A stretch of DNA of 63,847 bases, filler included, from Barthelona sp. PAP020 (GCA_040182905.1; 21 parts of 21 records of this genome joined end to end with filler, not necessarily neighbours in it), one strand, 5' to 3'. Numbered from the whole stretch's first letter, positions 34,119 to 45,845 are shown. A program made the numbers and translations. The notes: generated by a model not told the origin, from the sequence alone.

Positions 34119-35725
34119 GGAAATTGAATTTGCCTGATGTTTCCACCATTCTTGACGTTCATATCACATATTTCATCATCAAAAATGTCTTTTATCAAAA
34201 CATACTCATCATAACAAATCCAAAGACCACGTTTTAATAATAGCAGAATAGTGCTACAAGGCACTTGCTGGTTGGAGGCAGAAATCACAGATGAAACAAC
34301 ATTTTGAGCATTTTTTGAATAATCAACAAGTTCATTGACAAAAGTTTCTCCTTCTTGTGTATCAAAGAGGGATTTGGCATAGACAGGGAACATCTTTGTT
34401 AAAATTAGCAGGTTTTTTTGTTTTTGATTATCTAGAAGCAAGTTTAAATGATTGTAAGCAAATTCATTAGCTTTTTGAGGATGTAATTCATTGTATTGAA
34501 TGAAATATTGGAGAAAAGGTTCAGATGAAATAAATTCCAGCATATTTCTACCATTAACTGCATTCTAAAGAACAATATCCATGTCAACTTGCATAAATTC
34601 ATTGGCTTCTTCTGCTGAAAGACAAATCCCTGATGACAAAAGCTCAACAATGATAGTATCAGTGTGTTTTAATTGATAATTCTTGAGTAAATATGATATA
34701 ACATTACCATAAGGATGTGAGAGCTCAATTAGGGCTGATTTGTGAGTTTTAAGGACATCAATGAGATTTGAGATGTCAGGAATGAGGTTAAATAATTTTA
34801 TTGTGTCATTTGAACATGTTCCACACGCTATTTGTGTCTTGTCTGGGGATATAGCAAAGGAAAAATCGGTAGTGTCACAACCACAATGTACCTTTTGAAT
34901 TTGCTGATAGGTTTCAACATTGAATGAGGTAATATAGCCATCACCAGACATAATAAGCAGGATATCGGGTGATAAGAAATGAAGACAAAATACTCGACCA
35001 CCCATATCAAATTTATGAATGAGTGATCCATCGTCTATGTTCCAGAGTTTGACTTTTTTCGATTGGTCACCAACAGCAATCATTCTTTCAGTTGGGTGGA
35101 AATCAAGAGCTCTAATATAATGACCCTTACTTTGTCTGAATATACGAACAACAGACAAATCATCTGGGTCAACCAACTTGGCAATACCATCACCACCTCC
35201 AGTCAAAATATATTTACCATCCGTTGAAAGTTTCACTTTCCAAATAAAACTAGTGTCGAAACTACTTTCCAAGACAACATTCCCATTATTTGTATCACTT
35301 TTCGTAAGAGTTCCATTGGCATCACCATAATATACATAATTTGAACAAGAAGAAAAACAAATTCCATAAATAGCAGTTCTACCATTCAATCTACACAAGA
35401 TGGAGAAATCTGGAAGGCTGTATACAATGATAGACTGAGCACTGGAACAAGTCGCCAACTTCTGCCCATTTGGGGAAATGGCAATACCATAAACATCGCC
35501 TTTATGCTCCTTCAACATACGATTCAATATTCCAGTTGTTACATCAATAACATGAACAGCTTCATAACTACCAACAACCAATTGTTTGCAATTTGGCAAG
35601 TATTCACTGTCAAACGAAAAATTAGAAATCACATTGGCAATTTCATCTTCACTATTTTCATCAATTTTTAGAGGAAATAAACCACGTATAAATTCTCCTA
35701 TTTCACCACTTGATTCAACAGACAT
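34119..35725 (-). CDS. WD40 protein with two tandem CWDLVD-like modules; in-frame TAG at 34565-34567; 3'-truncated
   Basis: ORFs 35725-34565 and 34543-34119 share one frame; the junction reads DMDIVL*NAVNGRNMLEF; the second module ends DEICDMNVKNGGNIRQ. Confidence 0.85.
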
Positions 35726-35898
35726 AATAAACTAATAAAAAGAAGAAATAAATGGAAATAGAAGGGAACAGAAATTAGCGAACAAAGCAATTCCTTCCTG
35801 GTTGGAAAATATGGTTTGCATTTATTCACACGAGAAATCCTGTCAACAATAAATTGAATTGAAGTATTTCAGATAAATTCCATTTTCATTTAATTTTT

Positions 35899-36292
35899 CT
35901 TCTTGTACGAACGTTTCCCAGAACTTTCCCAAATCAGAGACTGGGAATCTCAGTTCATTAATGAATAATAAACCTTAATCTTTATTCTTTTCAGGGGGTC
36001 CAGCTTTCCTTAAAGGAACCTCTCTTTTTTGAGGCCTACTCTTTCATTGGCTGTCATAGGAGAGCTATGCTATATGCGGGGTGTGAAATATTGCATTACT
36101 AATTGCTCAAAAGAGCTTTACGCTCCAATATTCTTGAAAATTTGTCTTAATTGTGCAAGATTTCATGCATTCATCGTGGCAGGTCGAAAATGTGGGGGAT
36201 AGGTTAAGGAAAAGTTCCATACCTTGATGGAAAAAGGAAGAATCGGAAAATTTTGGTTCGTCAAAGATAACAGGCTTTAGAAGAACCCTCAT
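35899..36292 (-). repeat. Dispersed repeat family A, full length (~395 bp)
   Basis: The reverse complement is colinear with 61386-61780. Confidence 0.92.
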
Positions 36293-36300
36293 ATTTTCTT

Positions 36301-36699
36301 TTTCCTTTGTCCGAAAAGTGTTTCAAAACTTTTCAAACTCAGAACTGGTGCCTCAGGTGATCTTAAATAATAAACCTTTATCTTTATTCATATCAAAGGG
36401 GTTCAGCCTTCCTTTCAGGAACCTCTCAGTCTTAACTTTTTTATTTCAAAGGCTGTCCAGCAGAGAGGACTGTGCTATGCTGTATGTGAAATTCTTTGCA
36501 GTACTAATTGTTCACAAGAGCCACAAAGGCTCCGATATTTCAGTAATTCATCTCCTAAATGTACAAGGTTTCTTACAGCTCACTTGTAAAAGGCCAAAAA
36601 TTTTGGAAAAGTTGATGGTAAAGTTTCCTATTCAAGGAAAAAAGGAAGAACAGAAAATTCCGACCTGGTAAAAATAATCGCCTTGCAAACAACTCTCAT
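36301..36699 (-). repeat. Dispersed repeat family A, diverged full-length tandem copy
   Basis: Directly adjacent, same orientation; shares aataataaacc, ggctgtccagc, gtgaaattc, aaaaaggaagaa and the ctcat end. Confidence 0.85.
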
Positions 36700-36943
36700 T
36701 TATATTTTTTTGGTGAGAGGCACAGTTAGTTTTCTTTCAACAATTCCTTGTTGTCGCAAGAGAATCAACCAAATAATCTTTAAAGATTAGGACCAACTTG
36801 ACTGATATTTGTATGGCCCAAGTTCCACTAAAGTTAAATAAACTGTAAGAATTTAAATATTTATAGACCTTTTGGTATTAAAATTCAATTTTTAAGACAA
36901 TTTTGACAATATTTTGTTCAAATGAAAAATGAAGAAAAAAAAT

Positions 36944-37042
36944 AATATGAAATAAGACTTTATTGAACTTTTCCGTAAAGAGACTCCATAAAACATCCCA
37001 ATTGAGTGACGACAGCAAACACTCAAAACTGATATCAACTGG
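36944..37042 (+). repeat. Repeat family D terminus (contig end)
   Basis: 99 bp identical by eye to the reverse complement of 43172-43270. Confidence 0.93.
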
Positions 37043-37142
37043 NNNNNNNNNNNNNNNNNNNNNNNNNNNNNNNNNNNNNNNNNNNNTTAATTAATTAANN
37101 NNNNNNNNNNNNNNNNNNNNNNNNNNNNNNNNNNNNNNNNNN

Positions 37143-39569
37143 CTTTTCATTTAATAATTCCAAAAAGATACTGTTCAATAAATTTTGTGGATTAATTATT
37201 TCAAAACTTTCAAAATCTTTTAATAAAGTATTCAAATAATATCCTCCACAAGGTAATTCAATAATCAACGATTTTAATTGAGAAACAGGTTTGAAATCAA
37301 AATAATTCCAAGATATTGGATAATCACATAAATATAACAATTTTTCATTGAAATTTTCAAAAGTTTTATAATCATCAATATTAAAAGGCAAATTTTGAAT
37401 TTGAATCTGAATTTGAAAATTTAAATTTGAAATTTCATTTTCAATAAAAGAAAATAACTCTTTTTTAACCTGTTCATTCCAAATAATTACAGGACTATTG
37501 ATATCATTGTGTTCAATTATGCTTAAAAATTCAGTGAAATAAAAATCTGGTAATCTGCCAATATCAAATTTTTTATTTGATTGATTATTTATTGAAAAGA
37601 ATGATTTTTCAATTCTTTCAATAAAATGAACTCTCCTCATATAATCTTCAGAAGTACCAAAATTTTGATTTAATAATAAAATGTTTGAAATGTTTTGAGG
37701 AAAAATATTGAAAAATATTTTGAAAAATTCAACATTAACTTTGATACCAATGTTAATAATGTTAATAACTGAATGATAAGATGGATGATTTGATCCGATC
37801 AATAAAATTTTAACAAATTCCAGTATAATTCCAGTGTTTACTAACAAATTGAAAAATATTGGATAATTCTTTAAAAAAGACAATTGAACACATAATATTT
37901 CCAAATATTTGATACAACAAAATTTCATTTTTAAATTTTTTGAAAAAATATTTTCAACAATTAATTCAAAATGATTCAGTAAAATATACAAAAATTCAAA
38001 ATCTATCACTGATTTATCATATAATTCTAAAAGATTCACTGAAGTATTATCAAGAATTTCAAAAGTATTTGCTGAAATCAAAAATTCCAAATATTTAATA
38101 AAGAAGAAACCATTATCATTCTCACGATTCATAAACAACGTCATTTGACGTTTAAATAAATTATTCTCTTTGAAATTATCCAAAAATACTCTTTTCAAAT
38201 CTTTTTTCATATATATCATACACTTTTGAAATATTTCATAAACTTTATATAAAATTATGCTTTGAATCTTCCAATTTTTTGTTTGTTTTAAAATTTCAAA
38301 AAAGTTTGAAAAAATTTCAAAATTATTGTTCAATAATGGATGTAATTTCTCATTATTTATGCTAATAAATATGGTATTCAATATTAAAAGCACCAGAGAA
38401 TGAGTTTTACTGAAGTTTTCTGTCAGTACAATTTTTGAGTAAGTATCCATCAAAGTCAATATAAAATCTATCTTTTTATACGTCAATTTCATATCAAACA
38501 TATTTAAATTGAATTCGCATAACGTGGTAAACATTCTGTCTTGATTGGTGCTTAAATGTTTCAAACTTTCAATAAACTTCTCCTCATGATTGACATTTAA
38601 TTGATGGAACTTGCCATCATATCTTAAATTTGAAGGGAACTCTTCAAAATGAACCATGACTTTATTATTATCAGGAATAACCAAAGTTAAAGAACTGAAA
38701 AATAAATAGAGTTCATGAAAAGTTTCAAAATTGATAAAATAATCAAAGGTTTTTGTAAAAATGATTAGCATGTTTGATTCTTCAAAAATAACAAGTAAAT
38801 CTTGTATTTCATTCAACGGAACATTAAAGAATGTTGGAAATTCACTATTTTTATCAATATATTCAGTAAACAGAATTAATTCATTGTTGGTTAATTTTGC
38901 ATCAAATTTATGACCTTCAATCATTAAATTTTGGTAATTTATTAAGGAAATAACGTTATTTTCATTTTTTTCAAAAACTAAATCAATACCTTTCTCCTTG
39001 TGAACAAATTCTTTGTTGATTCCTAATTTGGCAAAGTTCTCTTCAAAAATATTTTTTAATTCCATAAATTTCGTTTCATTGTCAAATCTTAAAATAAATT
39101 TTACTTCATGACATAATTTAATCACTAGATCGTTAATACCCAATTCAGAATGATATTCAATTGATTCAATGTGTGAAATATCAAATTTAAATTCATTAAT
39201 TTCAAAAATAAAACCATCAATAGAAAGTTCAACATCCAAAAAGTCTTCATTCATCAGGTTTTTGCAATTAAATTTAGATTTTCTTTTAGTGACATTAAAA
39301 GTATCCAACTTATCATATAATACACTCAATATATTCGATCTACAATGTGATAAATATTTTTCACTATTCTTTCCCCATTTTAATGTAAACATATCATTTC
39401 TACTATCAACTTTAATAGGTTGGTGAATTTGATCATAAGGTATGCTATGTACAGTAGAATTCTCATGTTCATCACAAATATACAAATAAGTTAATCCAAA
39501 TTTGAATATTTGGGGAGTATCTCTGAAAAAACCATACTCAAGTACAGTAAATTTTAAATCTGCTTGCAT
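37143..39569 (-). CDS. RME8: RME-8/DNAJC13-like protein, N-terminal part (3'-truncated)
   Basis: DINSPVIIWNEQVKKEL, ISWNYFDF and CGGYYLNTLL match the RME-8 IWN-repeat region. Confidence 0.75.
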
Positions 39570-39961
39570 GCTTTAATGTGCAGAAAAAAAAAGGGATGTA
39601 AAAATCTAGGTCTTGATTTCTTAATATTTTTATTTTCAATCCATTTTATTGAAATGCAAACGATAATTTACTTTGTATTGAATTATCGATTATAATTTTT
39701 GAATAAAATTAGCTTTTTGGTTCGGATTTTGATTATTTTTGGAAATCTTTGAAACGTGTCAAAAGCAGGCTTGGAAGTAAAATCTTCAAAAAATCAATTT
39801 CCGCTTTTTAAGTTTGAAAATTGATAATCTGCAATTAGTTTCCTTGTTATTATTTTTTTCAACAATAAATTTTTAGAAATTTATAAAAAATTACATTTGT
39901 GTGTGTGGGAAACTGACTAAAATCCCATATTACTTTGATTCTGTTAATTGACAAAAAAAGC

Positions 39962-40051
39962 TTAGGCTTCTTCTTCAACTTCTTCTTCTTCTTCCTCTTC
40001 AACGGGTCTGTTTCCGAAAGAACTGGAGAATTCTTGAACAGCATTGTAACC
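39962..40051 (-). CDS. Acidic C-terminal tail of an unidentified gene (5'-truncated)
   Basis: GYNAVQEFSSSFGNRPVEEEEEEEVEEEA* is open to the contig end. Confidence 0.4.
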   Translation of the reverse strand, partial: GYNAVQEFSSSFGNRPVEEEEEEEVEEEA

Positions 40052-40155
40052 TTNNNNNNNNNNNNNNNNNNNNNNNNNNNNNNNNNNNNNNNNNNNNTTA
40101 ATTAATTAANNNNNNNNNNNNNNNNNNNNNNNNNNNNNNNNNNNNNNNNNNNNAT

Positions 40156-40290
40156 TATTTCCATCCTATTGATTTCAATGTTGGTGAACAGATTGACATT
40201 CATTCACATAGCTTTTTAATAATTGATGTTGATAATTTTGCTAAACATTGGTATAAAGAACAATTAGGCATTGAACTAAACTCTTTGTAA
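40156..40290 (+). CDS. DM10-domain protein (EFHC/Rib72-type axonemal protein), C-terminal fragment
   Basis: YFHPIDFNVGEQIDIHSHSFLIIDVDNFAKHWYKEQLGIE fits the DM10 consensus. Confidence 0.7.
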   Translation, partial: YFHPIDFNVGEQIDIHSHSFLIIDVDNFAKHWYKEQLGIELNSL

Positions 40291-40512
40291 AGCAAATTAT
40301 ATTATATGTACTGATAAATATTAACCAACTTTTTTTTAATGATTGATATTGTTGATGCTCTTTCATGCAGTTTTTCAATCTTCAAAAAGAGCTGGGATTC
40401 ATCAGAATCAATAAAAACCCCATATGCTCTTTCATGTGGCACTCACGAAACTGTTGGAAGAAAAACTTCAAAAAAAAGAGTAACAATATCTACATTTTAT
40501 GTTCAAATGAAA

Positions 40513-41196
40513 TCAAACTTCACTGATGTTTCCATAACCATCAATAGCATAAGAATAGGTATGTGTAGAACTAGAAAGAACAGTACCGACGTTGTATTTA
40601 ACATGAGCAATGATTTGAGGATTAGGATCACTCTTGGTTCCACGATTAACAGGATCAGTAATTTCAACATCAACAGAGCAACTCCAACCCCAAGAAACAT
40701 CAACAGTTTGAGGAACTACACGAGCTTCATGAATGAAATGTCCATGACCATCAAGAGATCCACCATATTGAGTTTGAATTTGATATTCTAATTTTACAAC
40801 TTGGAAGCCATAAAGATTCTTATAAGTGATAGAATAAGTGACAGAACTAGGTCCTCTCCATCCTTCAAGATCCATCCAACTGGTAAGACCTTCAGGAATA
40901 ACAGAAAGCTTAGCTGTATTAAGATTGGTGACGGGTTTTCCCTTTTCAACAATAGAATATATTTTCTCTCCAAGTGTAATGAACTTGTCAATGGTTTCAA
41001 TAATAGCATCAATTTCACCAGTAGTTACACCATTCTTGGGAGGAACAATAATCTTATCACTCTTTTTAGATTCAACAATATTGTGTTCAATATGACCAAC
41101 ATTATTGTATTTGAAATCTTTTTCATAACGTTTGTCTGCATTATTTGCAGCTAAAACTACAACTAAAGCAAGTGCAATAACTAATAACTTTTGCAT
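40513..41196 (-). CDS. Secreted protein of unknown function
   Basis: Signal peptide MQKLLVIALALVVVLA; amphipathic helix IDKFITLGEKIYSIVE; beta-rich domain with KNLYG, YGGS, VDVSWGW and NRGTKSDP. Confidence 0.85.
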   Translation of the reverse strand: MQKLLVIALALVVVLAANNADKRYEKDFKYNNVGHIEHNIVESKKSDKIIVPPKNGVTTGEIDAIIETIDKFITLGEKIYSIVEKGKPVTNLNTAKLSVIPEGLTSWMDLEGWRGPSSVTYSITYKNLYGFQVVKLEYQIQTQYGGSLDGHGHFIHEARVVPQTVDVSWGWSCSVDVEITDPVNRGTKSDPNPQIIAHVKYNVGTVLSSSTHTYSYAIDGYGNISEV

Positions 41197-41495
41197 CAAC
41201 AAAAAAAAAATTATTTGATAATTTTTTGAAATAAAGAAAAAAGAAGACAATCACTTTCCAATATATTTATTAAATACATATTCACTTCAATCACACTTTT
41301 TCCACACTGATAACATACATAGATAACAAATTTATCAAAATGACAAAATTTTGAAAAGAATCATGAAATCCCTTTCTCCTATCCTTATTGTTTTCCCATT
41401 AATTGATAGTGATTATATGATAAAAACAACGAATAATTAATTTTTCAATTGAAAAAAATGAACAATAAAGAGATTAACGAATTTATACATTGTAA

Positions 41496-42716
41496 TTATT
41501 TGTTTTTAACAGCTTTTATAGGTGTTGATAAAGAATTTTTCCTTGATTTTGATTTATTTTTTTCCATATTAGAAGATTCTGAACGACTATGGTCCGTTGG
41601 GGTTGAAATTCTAGAGAGTCTGGATTCTCTTGATTCTCTAGCTTGGGTTCTATTCATTTCTGCATAAACTTCTTTAGTTGCTCTCACTCTGACTGGATCT
41701 GTATGAAATGTGTTTACGCTGGTTTCTGGAACAATGTAAGTCTTTCTTGTTTTTGCCTTTGATCGATATGAGCTTAAAGCTTGATAAGATGTGCTTCCTT
41801 GATTCTTTTTTAGTCTTCTTTCATCTCGAATCTTAGCCACATCTGTTTGGGAAGTGCCTGGAAGGTCAGATAAATTTAAATTTGGAACTGCTTCAACATG
41901 ATCAGTAGTTTTTTTCTTTTTACAAGACGATCTTTTTATGATTCCAGTTTTATTTGATTGATACACTACCCGAACAATTTCCTGCCTTATAGGGTGTTTT
42001 TGTGATAAATGATCTTCAGCAAAAGCCAAAGCTTGTGCAAATGAAGTTTCAGCAGATTCAATATCTTGAAGATGCTCAAATTCAACAGCAATATTATATT
42101 GTATGGTTACTAGCATCTCACCCCATGATTCCAACTCAGTCTCAGAATTAACAGATACTTTCTTGGAAGTTATCAATTCCATTGCATTTGTTAATGTGGA
42201 AATCGCCTGTTGATGTTGATTTTGCAAACTTTCAATGGAAGCTTTCTGTATAAGTGTCCCACAATATGACAATTCACCACAAAATTCAACAGAATCTCTT
42301 TCAATGGCTTTTGATATATAAAATGCTGCTTTCCCCAAATCGTTTAACTTTAAATAACAGAAAGACATGTTACAATCCGATACCGCCAAAAGATGTCTAA
42401 ATTTACCAAGGGAAATCGAATCCTTGTATTCAACTAAACTTTTTTTTGCATCATTCAAAACTTCTATGGCTTGTTGAGGACATCCTATTGACAAAAGACG
42501 ATTAGCAAAACAATTCATGACAAAATTCCTCCAATTCAACAATTCTTGAAGACTACAATGATGATTCCACTTATTTGAGGATGAATTTTGAATTAAAAAT
42601 GTCAAATCTTTAATAAAATATGGAACAAAATTTCGCCAATCTCCTCGTTCCAAATATTTAAAACAATACTGTTCTAATTCAGTTGGTGTTACATCTCTAG
42701 GTAACGATAATTTCAT
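41496..42716 (-). CDS. TPR-containing protein with basic, disordered C-terminus
   Basis: CNMSFCY...A, YNIAVEFEHL...AETSFAQAL and HLSQKHP are TPR-like motifs. Confidence 0.75.
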   Translation of the reverse strand: MKLSLPRDVTPTELEQYCFKYLERGDWRNFVPYFIKDLTFLIQNSSSNKWNHHCSLQELLNWRNFVMNCFANRLLSIGCPQQAIEVLNDAKKSLVEYKDSISLGKFRHLLAVSDCNMSFCYLKLNDLGKAAFYISKAIERDSVEFCGELSYCGTLIQKASIESLQNQHQQAISTLTNAMELITSKKVSVNSETELESWGEMLVTIQYNIAVEFEHLQDIESAETSFAQALAFAEDHLSQKHPIRQEIVRVVYQSNKTGIIKRSSCKKKKTTDHVEAVPNLNLSDLPGTSQTDVAKIRDERRLKKNQGSTSYQALSSYRSKAKTRKTYIVPETSVNTFHTDPVRVRATKEVYAEMNRTQARESRESRLSRISTPTDHSRSESSNMEKNKSKSRKNSLSTPIKAVKNK

Positions 42717-43171
42717 CAAAAATTACATAAAAAAACAAAAAACACTCTTGAATTTTTTTCATGTTTTTCTTTCAAAAAGTCTTCAATTGTGACATAATTG
42801 GAATAATAAATAAAATAAATAATTTTAAAGAAAATAACAAATATTTGAGACTAATTTACCTTTGAACAAAAAATAAACGATTGTTTTGTGAGGGGAATCC
42901 TTAAAATAAATCTAAATCATCATTTGTTTCAAAATCTAGATCACTATCCTCAAAATTGCCTTTTTCATTTTCACTATTTTCACTTGTTTCTTCAATTTCT
43001 CCCATATAAAAACCTGTATCTTGACTGTACAGATTTTTTGATTCATAACCAGGAATCATTNNNNNNNNNNNNNNNNNNNNNNNNNNNNNNNNNNNNNNNN
43101 NNNNTTAATTAATTAANNNNNNNNNNNNNNNNNNNNNNNNNNNNNNNNNNNNNNNNNNNNCAACTTACCAA

Positions 43172-43270
43172 CCAGTTGATATCAGTTTTGAGTGTTTGCT
43201 GTCGTCACTCAATTGGGATGTTTTATGGAGTCTCTTTACGGAAAAGTTCAATAAAGTCTTATTTCATATT
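43172..43270 (-). repeat. Repeat family D terminus (contig start)
   Basis: Reverse complement of 36944-37042; abuts a T-tract. Confidence 0.93.
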
Positions 43271-43322
43271 TTTTTTTTGATTCTTGATTCTTTGAAGGAT
43301 TTTTCCGAATTTTGAATATTAG

Positions 43323-45845
43323 ATGCTTAGACGCACATCATTATTGATTAATGATGCTATTAATCCTATTAATTGTGTTAGTGAAACAAATAGTGATGAA
43401 ACTTTGATTAATGAGTTATGGAAAATTATTCGTTGGATAGTTTATACATTATTTATGATATTTTTACTTTTATTTTTAAATAATATCATATTTAATGCGG
43501 ATATTCAACATCCATATTCTTCAAAGTTTTTATTAAATGAAACTAACATTGTTCAGAATGCATACACTTTAAAAGAAACTGGTTTAAGGTTATCTGATGA
43601 AAGTTTTATTGATTCTTATGATTTTATTGTTGAAGAATTAAAAAATTATATCAAGAAATCCCATAAAGAATGGGTATTTGAATTTATTTTGACTAATACT
43701 AAGGAAGATGATTTAACTTTTGTTGATGCTGATGCTTGTTCAATTAAAAAATTGAAGAATATTCATAACATTATATTACACATGTGGCCAAGAGTATGTG
43801 AAAATTGTTATGAAAACGCAATGTTATTACATCATCAATTAAATGCTTTAGATACTGAAAATGTTGATGTATCGACGATTATTACTTCTATTCTTTTAGA
43901 ACAAATAAAAACTATTACTGAGAACAACCCATATGAATTTGGATTTAAACAAAGTTTTGTTTTAGCTTTAACTTCCCCATCTTATTCAATCTTACATGCT
44001 TTAAAGCGTTTGAATGATCATATGCAAATAAATGAGTTTATTGATTTAACCAATGATTGGGGAACTGATGAAGAACCTCAAGTTGTTGAAACATGTGGAA
44101 AATTTGAGTTTGGGAATTTTTTGAACATGAAATTTCATCATAGTTACTTGATTAGTTTTTTTAATGGTGTTTTAAAGCGCTTCAGTTCATTTAATTCATT
44201 AAGAACCATTAATGAACATAATACTAATGGAGTAAGGATTAGTACATTGGGAAAATTGGCTGAGAGTAAAGATATCTGGAGATTGAGTAGAATTCAACGT
44301 TATGCTAAATTTATTTATGAATATACTTTGATAAAATTACAATATAAGAAGAATAATGCTGAAAATTTGGATAAAAATTTATTTTTATTTGATTTGCTAG
44401 GTAAAACTTATTTAATGGATATCGATATTCTATTTTCTATCCTCTTATCTATAATTGTGTTCTATTTTATTGTTGTTTTATCAAATGAAAGATTAATCAA
44501 TTTGAAATCGATTGCTTTTTCCCTCATAACAATGATGCTTTTACCCATTGTAATCATTGTTATATATATGTTCAGTTTATTCATATTCAACATCAATTCA
44601 CCAAATATTTTTGGTGCTTTTATGTTTTTATTAACCATTTACATGATCGTATTGTCTTTGATTATTTTTTATTTCAAAAGGTTCAATAATTTAAAAATAC
44701 TTCCAATTTATTCTTTAATTTCACCTATATTATTATATATATATGGTTATAATAAGGATATTATCTTTTTAAAAGCTTATTCAACAATTTTGATGTTAAT
44801 TTTATTGGTAATATTGTTAACAATCCACAATCATAGCAAATTTAAAATATTCATACATTTTGCAACAATTATTATGATAAGTTTTGGTACTTTATATTTT
44901 TTGAAAAATTTTGAAAGTTTTATTTTAACTTTTGAGATTAAAAAGTATTTTTTTGAAGCCAATTATTTTTATTTGTTATTCTTTATAATTTTTTGTGTTT
45001 CTCAACCTTTTATCATTTTATTCATACCAAAGGTTTTAGTACTTGTGGATATGTTTGCTACTATTAATTTTATTCAATTGAAATTGGTCAAAAGTTTAAA
45101 AAAACAATTTTTTGAAATTTTGTTATTATTAAATTTTTTAAGTTTATTGTTTGTAGCTGTAGCTAATTTTTACAGTTCAAATACATTTGTTTATAATATT
45201 AAACAAGTAAATGATGAAATTTTCATTGATAATTTCAATTTAAAAGATGAATTAATTCATTTAAATCAAACTTCTTTCATATGTTCCCATAATAATAATA
45301 TTGAAAAAGATTATCTATTATTTAATGCTAATATTGCTAGAATTAGCAAAGAACAAGTCATTTTAAATGTTAACTACTTCTCAAATAATTCTTTTGAACA
45401 TGATTTTGTTATAAGAACCAATTTAACTTTATTAAACGTTACAGGCATGGACAGATATGCTTTGGTAAGTCAAAAATTTGCTCAACAAAGTTCAGAAGAA
45501 TCTGATATTTTTTCTTTTGATAACGCTCATTTCAATGGTGAAAATGAAATCTCTTTTTTCAACAGTTATAAGATCAATTTGTACACAGATGTTGGTTATA
45601 ATGAAGGTTCTTTTTCGTTACGATTTTATTTGGGAAATTTCATTAAAAATGAACAATTACAAATCATCACAAAGTCTCATTTGATTGATAGCTTCATGTG
45701 CAAAGAATTTCATGAAATTAACAATGTCATTCCTTTGTTGAAAAAAAATTATGTTGAAAATAGAAATAAGGATGATTTAGCTTATGTTTTTAAAACAAGC
45801 AAGAAAACTGTTCATTTTCCTTTCTCAATGGAAAGTGCGTTTTAA
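43323..45845 (+). CDS. ERMP1/M28-like multi-pass membrane protein, probably catalytically inactive
   Basis: Order is N-terminal TM, luminal domain (NIHNIILHMWP...NAMLL), FLFDLLG, about 8 TMs, then a luminal tail. Metal ligands are not evident. Confidence 0.55.
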   Translation: MLRRTSLLINDAINPINCVSETNSDETLINELWKIIRWIVYTLFMIFLLLFLNNIIFNADIQHPYSSKFLLNETNIVQNAYTLKETGLRLSDESFIDSYDFIVEELKNYIKKSHKEWVFEFILTNTKEDDLTFVDADACSIKKLKNIHNIILHMWPRVCENCYENAMLLHHQLNALDTENVDVSTIITSILLEQIKTITENNPYEFGFKQSFVLALTSPSYSILHALKRLNDHMQINEFIDLTNDWGTDEEPQVVETCGKFEFGNFLNMKFHHSYLISFFNGVLKRFSSFNSLRTINEHNTNGVRISTLGKLAESKDIWRLSRIQRYAKFIYEYTLIKLQYKKNNAENLDKNLFLFDLLGKTYLMDIDILFSILLSIIVFYFIVVLSNERLINLKSIAFSLITMMLLPIVIIVIYMFSLFIFNINSPNIFGAFMFLLTIYMIVLSLIIFYFKRFNNLKILPIYSLISPILLYIYGYNKDIIFLKAYSTILMLILLVILLTIHNHSKFKIFIHFATIIMISFGTLYFLKNFESFILTFEIKKYFFEANYFYLLFFIIFCVSQPFIILFIPKVLVLVDMFATINFIQLKLVKSLKKQFFEILLLLNFLSLLFVAVANFYSSNTFVYNIKQVNDEIFIDNFNLKDELIHLNQTSFICSHNNNIEKDYLLFNANIARISKEQVILNVNYFSNNSFEHDFVIRTNLTLLNVTGMDRYALVSQKFAQQSSEESDIFSFDNAHFNGENEISFFNSYKINLYTDVGYNEGSFSLRFYLGNFIKNEQLQIITKSHLIDSFMCKEFHEINNVIPLLKKNYVENRNKDDLAYVFKTSKKTVHFPFSMESAF

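Noticed and set aside
36107..36671. ORFs inside family A (MRVLLKPVIF..., MFQNFSNS...) as real proteins
   Set aside because: Other copies have frame-breaking indels (e.g. near 21545), and no protein motif is recognisable.
40339..41154. Long antisense ORFs overlapping real genes (also 1596-1922, 16526-16894, 52829-53155)
   Set aside because: Shadow ORFs produced by the codon bias of the opposite-strand gene; no independent motifs.
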